From Tubiluchus corallicola (lineage: Eukaryota > Animalia > Priapulida): a stretch of DNA of 64,000 nt. Below the pieces are notes generated by a model. It worked only from the letters and a program-made list of their open reading frames with translations, was not told the DNA's origin and did no database searches. Position 1 is the stretch's first letter, and every line of letters begins with the position of its first letter. The stretch spans positions 1-64,000 of the forward strand of contig JAQGDQ010000509.1 of assembly GCA_030141605.1 (NCBI GenBank), read 5' to 3'. Positions 13,826-24,693 of this stretch are shown one piece after another. Made by a program: the position numbers and the translations under genes.

Positions 13826-16056
13826 TTTAGTTGCTGTCCTATGACTAGTGCATGATAATTGATAAAATACTGTTTCTGAAAAATAATTTAAATTCTTTAT
13901 TATTTCAAGTAATTTTGGCAAATTTCATCTTGGCCTTTATACAAACATAATTAATAGACATTTAAAAAGTATATCAAGAAATGTCATTTAAATGAAAACA
14001 AAATTATACTTATTAAAACGCTTACTTCTGATAGAAAAAAAACTAAGATTCACAACATGAATCGAGCCATTGAGAAGTTAAATATACAGTTACACTACCA
14101 TGTTAACCATATCCAAATTCACATAACTTACCTACTGTTTAATCTAGCTGAAAATCAAAAGGCATTGTATTCAACTTTTGGTTAGAAAATCTTAGACAAT
14201 TCTTTGTAATATACTTTTGTTTTACAGCAAAGATATTATACATACAAAAGTAAATCGATCGGCAAAAGCAGATGACAAAAATGCACTACATGTGTGATGC
14301 AGTTATTATGACTTATTCATCTCATTCCTAGTATATGAATCCTGCAAATACAAAAATACAGTGATTCAGTAGTAAATTGCGGACAGGTTAAATCTGAAAA
14401 TTTAGCAGCAACTTTATAGTGAACATATAGTAAATCACTTTGCTAGATAATTTGGGTCCATGGTTGTAAGTCGTTGTTACGAAAATGGGAAACGCTCATC
14501 TATTTATCGGCTTTTCCTGACCTTCTAATTTTTTAAATAAAGCAAGCAGTTAAAAAGGTCAGAGATGAAGCTTTTTAGGGCAAAGAATTTTTAGCCAGAC
14601 TTTTTTTAATTATAACTTATTGTTGCATCTATAACACACACTAGAAGTAGAACACATTGTTACTAATTAATGTGCATGATATGGGGGTTCGCAGTAACCA
14701 TTTTTAGATCCACCACACAGAAACTTTTTCGAAATTTCTACCCAACACTGTGTACAAAAACTTTAGGCACTTTGCAAAATCTTAAATGAAGTTTTGTGTT
14801 CTTTGGAAAGAGAATAAACTGGGTTACAAGGTGACATAAATCTTTTTCAGGATACTTAACCAGTGCCTACTGGTCGTATAATTCAAGGGTGAATTTCACT
14901 AAAGCCTCACTTCTAGTGGTGAGCATACAATTAGTAGTAGTAGTAAACTATTGCTTCGATTATTTACCCTCTCGATTATTACTTCTGGTATTAATTACTT
15001 TGTTAAGTATTCGAATAATAAGTGAGTACGTTTTTATTAACAAATTTATAACAATCTGAAATGTGAAAAATACAAACTGTCAAAGTAAAGACCCTCAAAC
15101 ACAAAAGCTCGCATAGCTCCACATTCAGCAATTCAGTTAACATTTAGCATGAACTGGGAGCACACGTTTGAATTAGCTACCCCTGCTTTGAAACAGGTGC
15201 TGACGGGCGTTTTCAGTAATCGATTACTAACTAAAATTAGTCGACAGTCACGATTCCTTTCAGAATAATTTTGGCTTCTTAAAGCATGATTACTTGAAAT
15301 CAGCGGTATCGTCCACCACTGCTGGCTTGAAAAACTGAAAACACTCAGCAAAAGCTGTAAATGTACAAAAACAATCAAAGACAAATACATTCAATAGGTA
15401 TTTTAATTCGATAATTCCTACATGAAGGCGACAATGATCTCTTACGTAGGTACAAATTATTTACCTTCTGGTACTGGCAGTTCTTGAAATTTCAAACTAC
15501 CCAGTAATATTAACAGAAAATTTCAAAGACTTATAAACTCTGGTGCTTACTGGTAATACCGTGTTTACTTTCGTTTTAACATAAGTTTAGGCTGCGACTG
15601 TCATTCATTTAAAATAGAGAATTTCTAGAGCGCCTGAGAAATTCAAGGGCGGCTGCCCTGGATTTCCAAGACTCAGATCACATCACAGAAACTAATAGCA
15701 TTAATAACGTAATCTAGCACAGTCGATCGTATGCAAAATACAATCATCTTTATTTTAACTGTACCACACATACTGAAGGGATGTTGGGCTAATAAATTTA
15801 AATAAGTAGCAGTAAAAAAAGACTTAAATTGCGCTGCAACACATACCTCCATGGAACTCACTATGCACTGTAAAAATACTACAGCCACACAGCGCTTGCG
15901 CAATAGATGTCATAAAATGGCAAAGGCGAATATTCCAAACCAAAGCAAAGTGTTGACAAGCATTGTGTTGACAAGTCATGATGTCAAGCATTGACAATTT
16001 ACGTCTAACATAATGTCATTCATTTTCGTTGACTGCCCTATCAGCGTGCAAGTTAT

Positions 16057-16240
16057 TTCACACACCTGCAGAGCTTAATTAACGCAGGTACGTTCGGGAC
16101 TTTTAGTTACAGCTCCCTCTAACACTGTTATGAAAAATGCTCAACTTTTCATTAAATAGCGGGAGAAATATTGGCCTGGTTCTAGATTTTATTATTGTCA
16201 ATTGAAATTGCAAGTGAATTAGTGGAAATATATAGTAAAT
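16057..16240 (+). repeat. Dispersed repeat fragment, second copy at ~57051-57243
   Basis: Shared cacacacctg, gaaaaatgctca.cttttcatta, attggc.tggtt, ttattgtc.att, tgaattagtg.aa.tatatagt. Confidence 0.6.
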
Positions 16241-17637
16241 GGTGTAGTGTTACTGGTATAGAAGTATGAGTCACCAGCTTAGTATGCACTGCAAAGGTTT
16301 TTTAATGAATTTTGGTAACAAAGTACAGTCGGCCCTCGTTAAACCGGACCCCGTTGGTCCGGATATCTGATAAGACGGACATCATCCGTGGTAAAGGAAA
16401 CTGAAACGAGCCGGAGCGCTAAACACAACACGGCCTACCAACTCAACATGAGCCGAAGCGGCTTGCGGTGCCACCCAGGCTGCTACGATTCCCGCTAAAA
16501 TTCAGTTTGCTTACCCCAGCGACAGCACTGGTAAATAGATATTTATACGTATACTGTACTTTTTCATTATTTAAACTGTACAATAATTTGTTTGTCCTCA
16601 CAGGTTAACTATTTTAAAGTAATATACAGTATAGTATATAGTGCAATGTATATAGGCCTTATTAAGGTGATTATTCCTGTATAATATAGACCATATATAG
16701 GCATATCGGATAAATCGGACAATCGGCTAAACCTGACCCCCCCCCCCTAATTAGTCCGGTTTAACGAGGGTTGACTGTAATGCCTAAATTCTTTTGTGCA
16801 GTTAAAAATTAGAATAAATATTTTAAATTATTGATTTATACAAGTGAATTAGCAATAAATTAAAAAGTATACTATTCTAAATCACACAAGTCTGTTTATT
16901 TGCAAAAACTAAAAAAATTCTTTCAAAGTCGGCTGCTTCATTTTATTATGAAGAAGTTGGCCCACAAAGTTCTCATAATGATAAAAACGTTGAAAATCTG
17001 TTGTTGTATGATGCACAAATTCTCATAAAATACAAGTCTTAGTGCTTGGCATGCTTAAACTGTTGGTGGTGCCCGTGTTTCCCCGCAAGTAGCTTCGTCT
17101 GTAATTTCGTCTAAGCTCCCGCTTGCTATAATTGTGACGTACATACTGTACTGTACCTGGGTCCCTGGCATAACAGCAACATCTAACTGATTAAACTTTC
17201 CAACAAAGACAGTCAGAGCTTCAAAAGCAAACGGCTAGGCAAATGATAAAAATGTTTAGCTTAAAGGAATTCTTGGGGAACGAGTTTAATAGCAGTGGGC
17301 GGGCGGGTCAAAGCAAACCATTAAGGTAGCATACGATAAAGGTTCTTGCTTACAAACAAAATGGTACTTAGTATGATTGTTCTATGTATATTATAGGACA
17401 AAAGCGAACTAGATGATATAAAAGTCATAAAAGCTTATTAGTCACAGGGAAGTATCTTATTGAAGCATGTGAAGCAAAAATATTGAGTAAATTATGCGGA
17501 GTATTTGAGTCAATTACCGATAGTTTTTACGTACATTTGAATAGAAGCGACCGCCCCCCCCCCCCCGTACCAGGGGTTTTTGAGCCAATTAAGCGATTGA
17601 GTCTATTAACCGTGGGTCTATTAAGCAGCGCCTACTG
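16241..17637 (-). mobile_element. Tc1/mariner-pogo type MITE family 'CAGTAGGCGC', copy A (one end truncated, interrupted by a nested MITE)
   Basis: Ends ...ttaagcagcgcctactg|ta. Long reverse-complement similarity to 32725-33691. Confidence 0.85.
16326..16777. mobile_element. Nested Tc1/mariner-type MITE, 452 bp, TA TSD
   Basis: ta|cagtcggccctcgttaaaccggac ... gtccggtttaacgagggttgactg|ta. Sister copy 32725-33691 shows the empty site with a single TA. Confidence 0.9.
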
Positions 17638-18499
17638 TATTTGATGAACTGTAAACCTCAATGAGATCTTCACAGTCAAAGTTAATTCAAATGTGGTCAA
17701 AACCTATAATATACATCAATGTAATCTTAGTTAATTTACGTTATTCTTCTGGTTATAATCATGGTTAAAAGATGCCGTTGGGACTTATGTAACTCGAGCA
17801 ATCAATTTAAGGGTCGTCGATGGAATGGAATAATCACATTTATTACATTTCCGTAGCGTAACAAACGGAAAAACAAAAAACTGAATAAATCTTGCAAACG
17901 AGCATGATCAGTTAATATAGAAAAAAGGCATGCATGATGTTCGTATGTTTAAAGGCAAGAGAGACTTCATATTTTTGTTGCTCATTTATTGTAAAGCTAG
18001 GCAAACTGGCTTAGTTGCTTTAATACACTTACATCTCTGTATTTGGTAGTGCTTTGGAACTTCGTCTCTACAGTCTGCTTAAATTGAAAAGTCATTTTTT
18101 GGCTACTTGGCGTGTTAATTTCGTGCAAAAATAGCTGCTGCTCTGCAAATTTGTGTATATGAAAAGTGCAATCAGTTTATCTGCTGATTAGACATTAGTT
18201 GTGACTGTCGTGTTGTTTAGCTTAGTTTACAGTTTTTACACAGTTGTTGTCCAGCGTGAGCTGTTGTCCCGAATGCCCCTGAGCGTGCTTACGTTAGAGC
18301 GAAGGCGGAGCGCGATAGATCAATTTGTTTGAAGTCAATTTGGTATTTGGCACGAACTCTCGGGAACAAGACATTTAGGCACAGGAACACTTGGGCATCA
18401 ATTATAAATTCTTAACTTTCACAATATTTTTTTAAGAATCATCGCTGCACTAATATATGATAATTAGTGGCCACTCGTATATAGGCACTGTGGAACTGT

Positions 18500-19054
18500 T
18501 GTTGTTGTTGTTGGCATCCTTCTGTCTCGGAAGAGAATGGAGTGTGCGCCAAGAGAGTCAGTTATTGATCGCATTGATGGAGCTGCAGCGTCGACTGTGG
18601 TTGAGCAGTGCGATCCTTGGACGTCTCCAGGGCGCACGCCTGGGCAATGTGTATGGAGATCCTGAGTTGCCCAGACAACAGGAACCCCCTCTCTTCCTCG
18701 CTGGTGTAGTCCAAAGGAAAGCGGAGCGACACGTTTGGCACCAGGTTGGCTGGAGGAGCTGCCGGAGTCAGTGAGCATGCTGCACTGGTCCGCCTTCGGG
18801 GCTCCACTCCTGATTTGGAAGGTTTACTCCTCTACACATGGCTGTTGGGTCACTTGACCTTCTCCGCCCTCTAGCCGTTGGCTGCTTATGCAGCTCCCTC
18901 CGCCTAGTGTCGAGATACAGCGTGGGCATCCCGCAAGCCTACAGCACCTGGTATTCCTAGGCGGTCACCCATCCAAGTACTAACCAGGCTCTACGTTGCT
19001 TAACTTCGGTGATCAGACCAGAACCGGTGTTTTCAACGTGATTTGGTCGTAGTC
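18500..19054 (-). mobile_element. 5S rRNA-headed SINE (SINE3-like) with RTE-derived body and tail, ~555 bp
   Basis: Full 5S head with no oligo-T terminator, GC-rich body, 3' end ..CTCCATTCTCTTCCGAGACAGAAGGATGC(CAA)n resembling RTE 3' termini, and an 11-bp direct repeat tgtggaactgt at 18489-18499 and 19060-19070. Confidence 0.8.
18935..19054 (-). rRNA. 5S rRNA-like sequence (120 nt), most likely the SINE head rather than a functional rDNA unit
   Basis: GACTACGACCAAATCACGTTGAAAACACCGGTTCTGGTCTGATCACCGAAGTTAAGCAACGTAGAGCCTGGTTAGTACTTGGATGGGTGACCGCCTAGGAATACCAGGTGCTGTAGGCTT; internal control region A and C boxes intact. Confidence 0.85.
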
Positions 19055-19573
19055 TGTAGTGTGGAACTGTAGAACCCCCTATTTTTACTCAATATTATCC
19101 AGAGTATTCAATATAATAAGTCTTTTTTCTTTATACTTGCACAGAACCAGAGCACGTGAGAGTAATGCGCTCCAGCAACGCAGCCTTTGGCTGTTGTGCA
19201 CATGCGGTCATGTGCACATGTCTTGATCCAAGTAGAGAAAGTACTGTCGCTCACGCAGTTTGTTGTCAGCTGTTGCATGCTTACTGTGAATGAATCAAGC
19301 TTGAACTGCGACAATTTAGACTATAAATGAGCAAAAAACATTCCTTGTTTAGGATTTCACCAAGTTTATGTATAAACTTTCTTATGTTTGTTTGTTTTAA
19401 ATTACAACATTAAAATTATCCAATTATGTTTATTTCGTTTTACATAGTTTTTAAACGAACTAAACAAAAACGCATTACATTAGCATTTTATTAAAATGTC
19501 TATGTAATTTGTTTTATAGAATATAAAATTTGTTTATACGCATATGTTATATGCGTATAAACATATATGCCTA

Positions 19574-20662
19574 TGTGACGCCGGGTTTTACTTGTTGGTT
19601 CTCTGTTCTTTATTTAAACCAGATTTACTTCAACAATTCCCAAACTAGTACTCCTAGCCGAGCGGTGAGGTAGTAGCACACAGATGTTAATAGTTTAGAA
19701 ACTGAATCAGTTTCTCATAGGTACCTCTACGGGGCGTACCTTGAGATAAAAGATGTTGGTTCGAATCACGAGTGGGATCTTAAGTGTCGGCCTTGAGTTG
19801 CTGTTATTGTGTTTAGCTAACAAAGTGTGAACTATTCATAATATTTTTACTATTCAAATACTTTTTAAACGTTCACAAAGAAACGCATTCCAAGATACAT
19901 ATTTTGTGTATAAAGAACAATCAAAATTTAATTAACAAATTTGTGATGATATGATCAAAAAGATAATTTTCAAAAGCAATCAGATAAATACGAGGCAAAA
20001 CCCAACTAAAGATAAACAAATTAAGATTCTAATACACTAGGTACTCACTAATTACCCTTTCCCTGGGAGGTGCACCGAATAACCTGTCCACGCTGAGGCG
20101 GTTCACTGTCCATTAACGTCTTGGCATGCCACATAATCACTGGTGACGTCACTGGAAACGAAGTCTGCACTATCCAGTAGATGAGGTAGGTGAGGTGACA
20201 TCGTGAATGGTTTAACTTTCTCAGAGGCTGGCGTCAGGTAAATTTATGCGGCGATATTCAGTCCAACCTTCCACATGAACAGTAGTAACCCCATAACGGC
20301 TTAAGCAAACTGTCCCAAGTGTCCGTTTGGCTTTAAATTCCGACAGTGCACAAAATGTATCACAACATATCTGGACTGCTCAAAAACGTTACTGTCCTTT
20401 AACTGTAATCACAGTTATAAAATGCTAAATGCCAAACTGCAACAAATTACATAGTCCGCAGGTAACACGTACCGAGAAAACGTTTTACTTCATAGCTATA
20501 AACGTGCCGACTGAAACCGTCGAAATAAACTAGGACGACAACCTGGTTTCCAACTTATGCATTTGTTGAAGGACAGGTGTGTGGCTTTCCCATCCCGCAG
20601 TACTTACAGTACCTATTCGTAATACTAGCTAGACATTCATGTATAGTAAACTGTTCATAACA
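19574..20662 (-). repeat. 3' LTR (1089 bp)
   Basis: tgtgacgccggg...ttcataaca; about 98-99% identical to 24694-25772. Confidence 0.95.
19648..19778 (+). ncRNA. tRNA-like Pol III (A box/B box) cassette in the LTR; second copy 24768-24898
   Basis: A box TAGCCGAGCGG (19655-19665), B box GGTTCGAATC (19758-19767), hairpins between them. Expression unproven. Confidence 0.45.
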
Positions 20663-20675
20663 TTCGCCCCTCCTA
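20663..20675 (-). other. Polypurine tract
   Basis: Minus strand TAGGAGGGGCGAA immediately before the TG of the 3' LTR. Confidence 0.8.
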
Positions 20676-20761
20676 AGAGAGTATCTGCATGACAGTGTAA
20701 ATAGCATCAGATACTCAAAAGATACTCCAAGTAGATGGGCATATATTTAAAAAAAATGGTG

Positions 20762-22378
20762 CTAGTGGGTGCAAATGCATTGCAGTGCAACATATTTTAT
20801 GTGTGAGTGCACCCTCAACAGAGCCATACTGAGAAATATTTGTGTCTCCATCAAAATCACTTCTGCACGTTTGTGGGCTTGTGGAATCCGGTAGGCTCTC
20901 TGATGTACAGGTTTGCAATCTTCATGTGCTAACAGGATCTTGTGCTTAATCAAGGAAGTGCGTCCAGGGATATCTGTAAAAATATCACTGTAATCTTGAA
21001 GCACCTTTTGGAGTTCTATCTTTTGTTCTGCAGACAAGTACTTGGGGGTGGCTACATCATGTACAAATTGTGTTTGCTGGGCTCCTGGCGTAAATGCTTC
21101 TTCTGGCAGGTGGGCAGCTTGGAGCATGTCAGCGAAAGAGTCAGAAACTTGGGTGTCTGAGTGCAAATCATCGACCCCTGGGAATTCATATCCTGATTCC
21201 AAACACTGAGAGTACAAAGCAAAACTCTCCGAGCGTCTGATATACGGTTTGAGGAGATTGATGTGGAATGTCTGAGTTCTTTTCTTTCTGCCACGACCAG
21301 TAATGGCGACTTTATAAGTATGCTCAGAAATTTTGTCCACTACCTGATAAGGTCCGCGCCACTGTTTTGACAGCTTGTTGTGAGCCTCGGGAAGTAGTAC
21401 TAATACTTCTTGGCCAACTTCTAATGCATGCGTAGTTGTGAGCCGATCATACCAACGCTTCTGCGCCAACTTTGCTTCCTGTAGAGCAGTATGAGCATCT
21501 TCTGTTGTTTGCTCAAGCTCATTGATAACACGATGGACGTAGTCGTCTACCTGTTCTAGTGTTGGTGGATCCAGATCGCCCCACTTGCGACGTAATGCAG
21601 CCATGGGGCCTCTCACAGGAAAGCCATAGACAAGGTCAAATGGGCTGTATTTCAATGATTCCTGAGGGACCTCACGATAGGCAAATAATACAAAGGGTAT
21701 CAACTCATCCCATTCCATCGAGCGCTGGGTTTGTAAAAGTTTTCGTATCGAATTCTTTAGTGAAGAGTTAAATCTTTCTGTCACTCCCTGAGATTCTGGG
21801 TGGTAAGGTGTTGAGAAAATGCCTTTCACACTGAGTGCTTGCTCAAGGTCTGCAATAAGAGTAGATGTAAATTGTGTCCCTCTGTCCGACTGTATTGTTC
21901 GAGGTACACCATGCCTGCAGATGAATTGAAGCAAAGCTTTTGCAACTTCACTAGCAGATTCTGTCTTCAATGGATATGCATCTGGGTACCTGGTAGCTTG
22001 GTCAACTATAACCAATGCGTACTTGTGTCCAGCTTTAGTCCTGGGCATTGGCCCAATAAGATCAATGCATATAGTAGAGAAAGGTTCTTTAACTACCGGA
22101 TGTGGCTTCAAGGGTGCTCTATCCCTTTTCATGACCCTGGAAGTCTTCTGGCAGGCTGGACAAGACTTAACATAGCTTTCTACTTGCTTGCGCATTCCAG
22201 GCCAACAGTACTGACTTGCAATACGATCCCAAGTCTTCTTTTGACCTTGGTGAGCAGAAGTTAGTCCATCATGAGCCAATTTGATGACTTCTTGACGTCT
22301 GGCTTTAGGTAGTGCCAAACGATGTAATATTGTGCCACGAGCTCTTCTAGATAGTAGCCACTTTTGCTCTCGATGCAT
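20762..22378 (-). pseudogene. pol: Integrase (HHCC zinc finger, DDE core, GPY motif) followed by the first residues of RT, then deleted
   Basis: AHDGLTSAHQG..CPAC; CIDLIGP, SDRGTQF, YHPESQGVTERFN; WRGPYQV; then YSDIFTDIPGRTSLIKHKI..PVHQRAYRIP (Gypsy RT N-terminus). No YxDD or RNaseH before the PPT. Confidence 0.9.
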
Positions 22379-22676
22379 TCGTTTTTAGGCTTAACGTGAT
22401 CTAGCCAGTTGCGTAACGTTACGTCGGCTTTCTGTTCTTCTGCGAGCTTGGCCTTGCTCAGTGAGTCCAAGACTGATTGTTGCTTACTGGCAGTTTTCTC
22501 CTTTATGACTGGTAGTGGCACATCTCGTTCATTCTGCATTCGAGTTCTGGCCTCAGCTTTTGCATCTTCAGTCAGTATCTTTGCTTTAGCTCTTGTCGTC
22601 ACCGGCAGCACAAAATTTAAAGTTTGACCTCTCTTATTTGGGTGAGAACGTTGCCTTTTCCTTTTGGTTTCACCTT

Positions 22677-23207
22677 TCACAGCCATTGCATAAGTTGCTT
22701 TCTGTGCGCTGGGATCCTCAACTGTATTGTTGGGCTTTTCTTTACATCAGCAGTTAAGGGAGACCGTATTGGCTTATTCAGGCATGTTTCTCCAGCCATC
22801 ATCGGCTTTATCTCTGCCATAAAATCATTACCAAGTATCAGAGGTACTGGGCTGCTTGACACAACAGCAATGGTTAAGAATCCTGTGGCATATGGACTAG
22901 ACACTTCAACCACCGCCACTGGGCATGACTTATTACAGTCGTGGATGCATCTAAGATCGTGGTAAACATCTTTGAGATATTGATCATCTCTTACATAGCT
23001 TGGGTTAGCCACACTTCTAGAAGCTCCTGTATCACGTAGGCCCAAAACATTAACTCCATTTAAAGTAGCATGGAAATAAGGGTGCCCTGTTACACACTGA
23101 GTAGGTCCAACTTCAGCAGTAGCTAACATTACAGCTTCACTTGGTTTTAGAGCTAAAAGTTGCTTGTATGGTGTTTTTGGTTTCTCAGGAGGAGTTACAC
23201 CAGTTCG
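22677..23207 (-). pseudogene. Retropepsin aspartic protease domain
   Basis: VLGLRDTGASRSV catalytic motif and PLILGNDF; same frame as gag beyond a TAA at 23208-23210. Confidence 0.85.
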
Positions 23208-24497
23208 TTATGCTCTTTTCAGTGAACAGGCATTAGACATGTGACCCACTTTTCCACAATGGTAGCAAGTCACGTTAGGATTAGCCGCAGGTAGACTAAA
23301 GGTATTACGCTTACTGTCAGAAAATTGTCGCCTGCGATTATCTGGTGCTGGAGGTTTAAATCTCGACAATGAGGACCGAGGATTTTGTGCAGACATGTAT
23401 GCATCAGCTCTCTCAGCTGCCTCATCAAGGTCGTACATGGCGTTCTTCTTGAGCTAAAGTGCTACTTCTGCAGGCAGAATAGCCATGAATTGCTCGTATA
23501 CCAGAAGATCAATGGCTTCCTCAACTGTGCTAACTGAAAGTGATTTGCCCCAATTCTTTGCAGCTTGCCTTAGCCGTACCAAAACTTGTGCACATGTCTC
23601 ATCCTTTTTCTTTATAAGGTCACGAAAGGTCACACGATAACTTTCCGGACTGATTAAGTAAGCCTGAAGAATTGCTTGTTTGACCTTCTCATAATCCTGC
23701 AGATCTTCATCGTCTACGAGCTGGAAAGCATTGCACGCTTTTCCAGACAAATGAGGAGCCAAAGACGCACAATAGCGAGTCATAGGGATGTCATTGACAG
23801 CGCAGGTTTTCTCAAAGTACGTGAGCCATTCTAAAATGGTTTCACCTTGTCCCTCTTTATAGGGTCTCAACTTCAAGCGTTTCTCATTAACTGCTGAAAA
23901 GTTTCTCTCATCCGGAGTGGGGGTTAAAGCCGCTGTAGCTGCTGAACGGTGCGTCCTTTCAGCCATCCTTAGCTCATGCTCCCTACACTCTCTACGTTCT
24001 CTTAGCTCCAATTCACGCATGCTCAGTTCATTCTCTAACCTCATTTTCTCCAGTTGAAGGACAAGTGTGGCTTGGTCCTGTGTTTGGACACCTGCCAAAT
24101 CATAATTCCCTGCTACGTTCGCACCAGAAAATGTTCCTCGCCCTCCTCCTTTAGATAGTGGTGTAGGCGCAATCCTTGAAAGTTCTGGTGGACCTGGAGG
24201 TGTCATCAATGCTGCATCCAATGTCTCTTCTTCTGTTTCATCCTCTTCTTCTTCCTTTCCTTCTCTGTCTTCTTCTTCATTTTCTGTGAGAAGCTTCTCC
24301 ACTGCACTATGCCCAGTTACGCTCATCCCAGGGCCCTGAAGGGAATTTAGCATTGCCTGCTGTTTCAAAATAGCATCTATTAAAGTAGGCTTTGTTCTGG
24401 GAAGGACTGATATACCGATTTCACGTGCAATTACTTTAAGTGTTTCAACAGTCTCATAATTCAATGAAACAGGGGTGTACGTCGCCTTATGAGACAT
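23208..24497 (-). pseudogene. gag: Gag (N-terminal HeH/Rho-N-like motif, coiled coil, capsid/SCAN-like region, CCHC knuckle) with an in-frame TAG at 23454-23456
   Basis: ORFs 23454..24554 and 23208..23438 share a frame. WLTYFEKTC, YEKVKQAILQAYLISPESYRVTFR, LLVYEQFMAILP, EAAERADAY, CYHCGKVGHMSNAC. Confidence 0.85.
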
Positions 24498-24672
24498 GAC
24501 ATTTAGTGGGAAGGGTTTACATAATCGTAGAGTAACAATGTTTACATGCACCAAAACTGAGGGTGTCTACTTTAATTCTGATTATGAAACACCCGTTTCA
24601 ATAGTGCAATACTTTACTCAAAGCGTTCTATTAATCAACTGTATAATAACCAGCAGCTCAATAACTGACAAG

Positions 24673-24690
24673 ATCCCACCGCTGCCACCA
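24673..24690 (-). promoter_or_regulatory. Primer-binding site complementary to the tRNA-Leu 3' end
   Basis: Minus strand TGGTGGCAGCGGTGGGAT, 3 nt from the LTR; complement of tRNA-Leu ..ATCCCACCGCTGCCA-CCA. Confidence 0.85.
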
Positions 24691-24693
24691 AAA

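Noticed and set aside
18457-18807. Three overlapping ORFs of 81-105 aa
   Set aside because: They lie in the GC-rich SINE body, have no recognisable domain, and are expected from base composition
18935-19054. Functional 5S rDNA gene
   Set aside because: Single copy, no oligo-T terminator, several substitutions, and enclosed with a tail inside a TSD
21839-22965. Plus-strand ORFs antisense to pol
   Set aside because: Shadow frames with no independent signal
23208-23210. Programmed gag-pol stop readthrough
   Set aside because: A second in-frame stop inside the capsid region and two frameshifts show decay; a nonsense mutation is simpler, and sister copies are needed to decide
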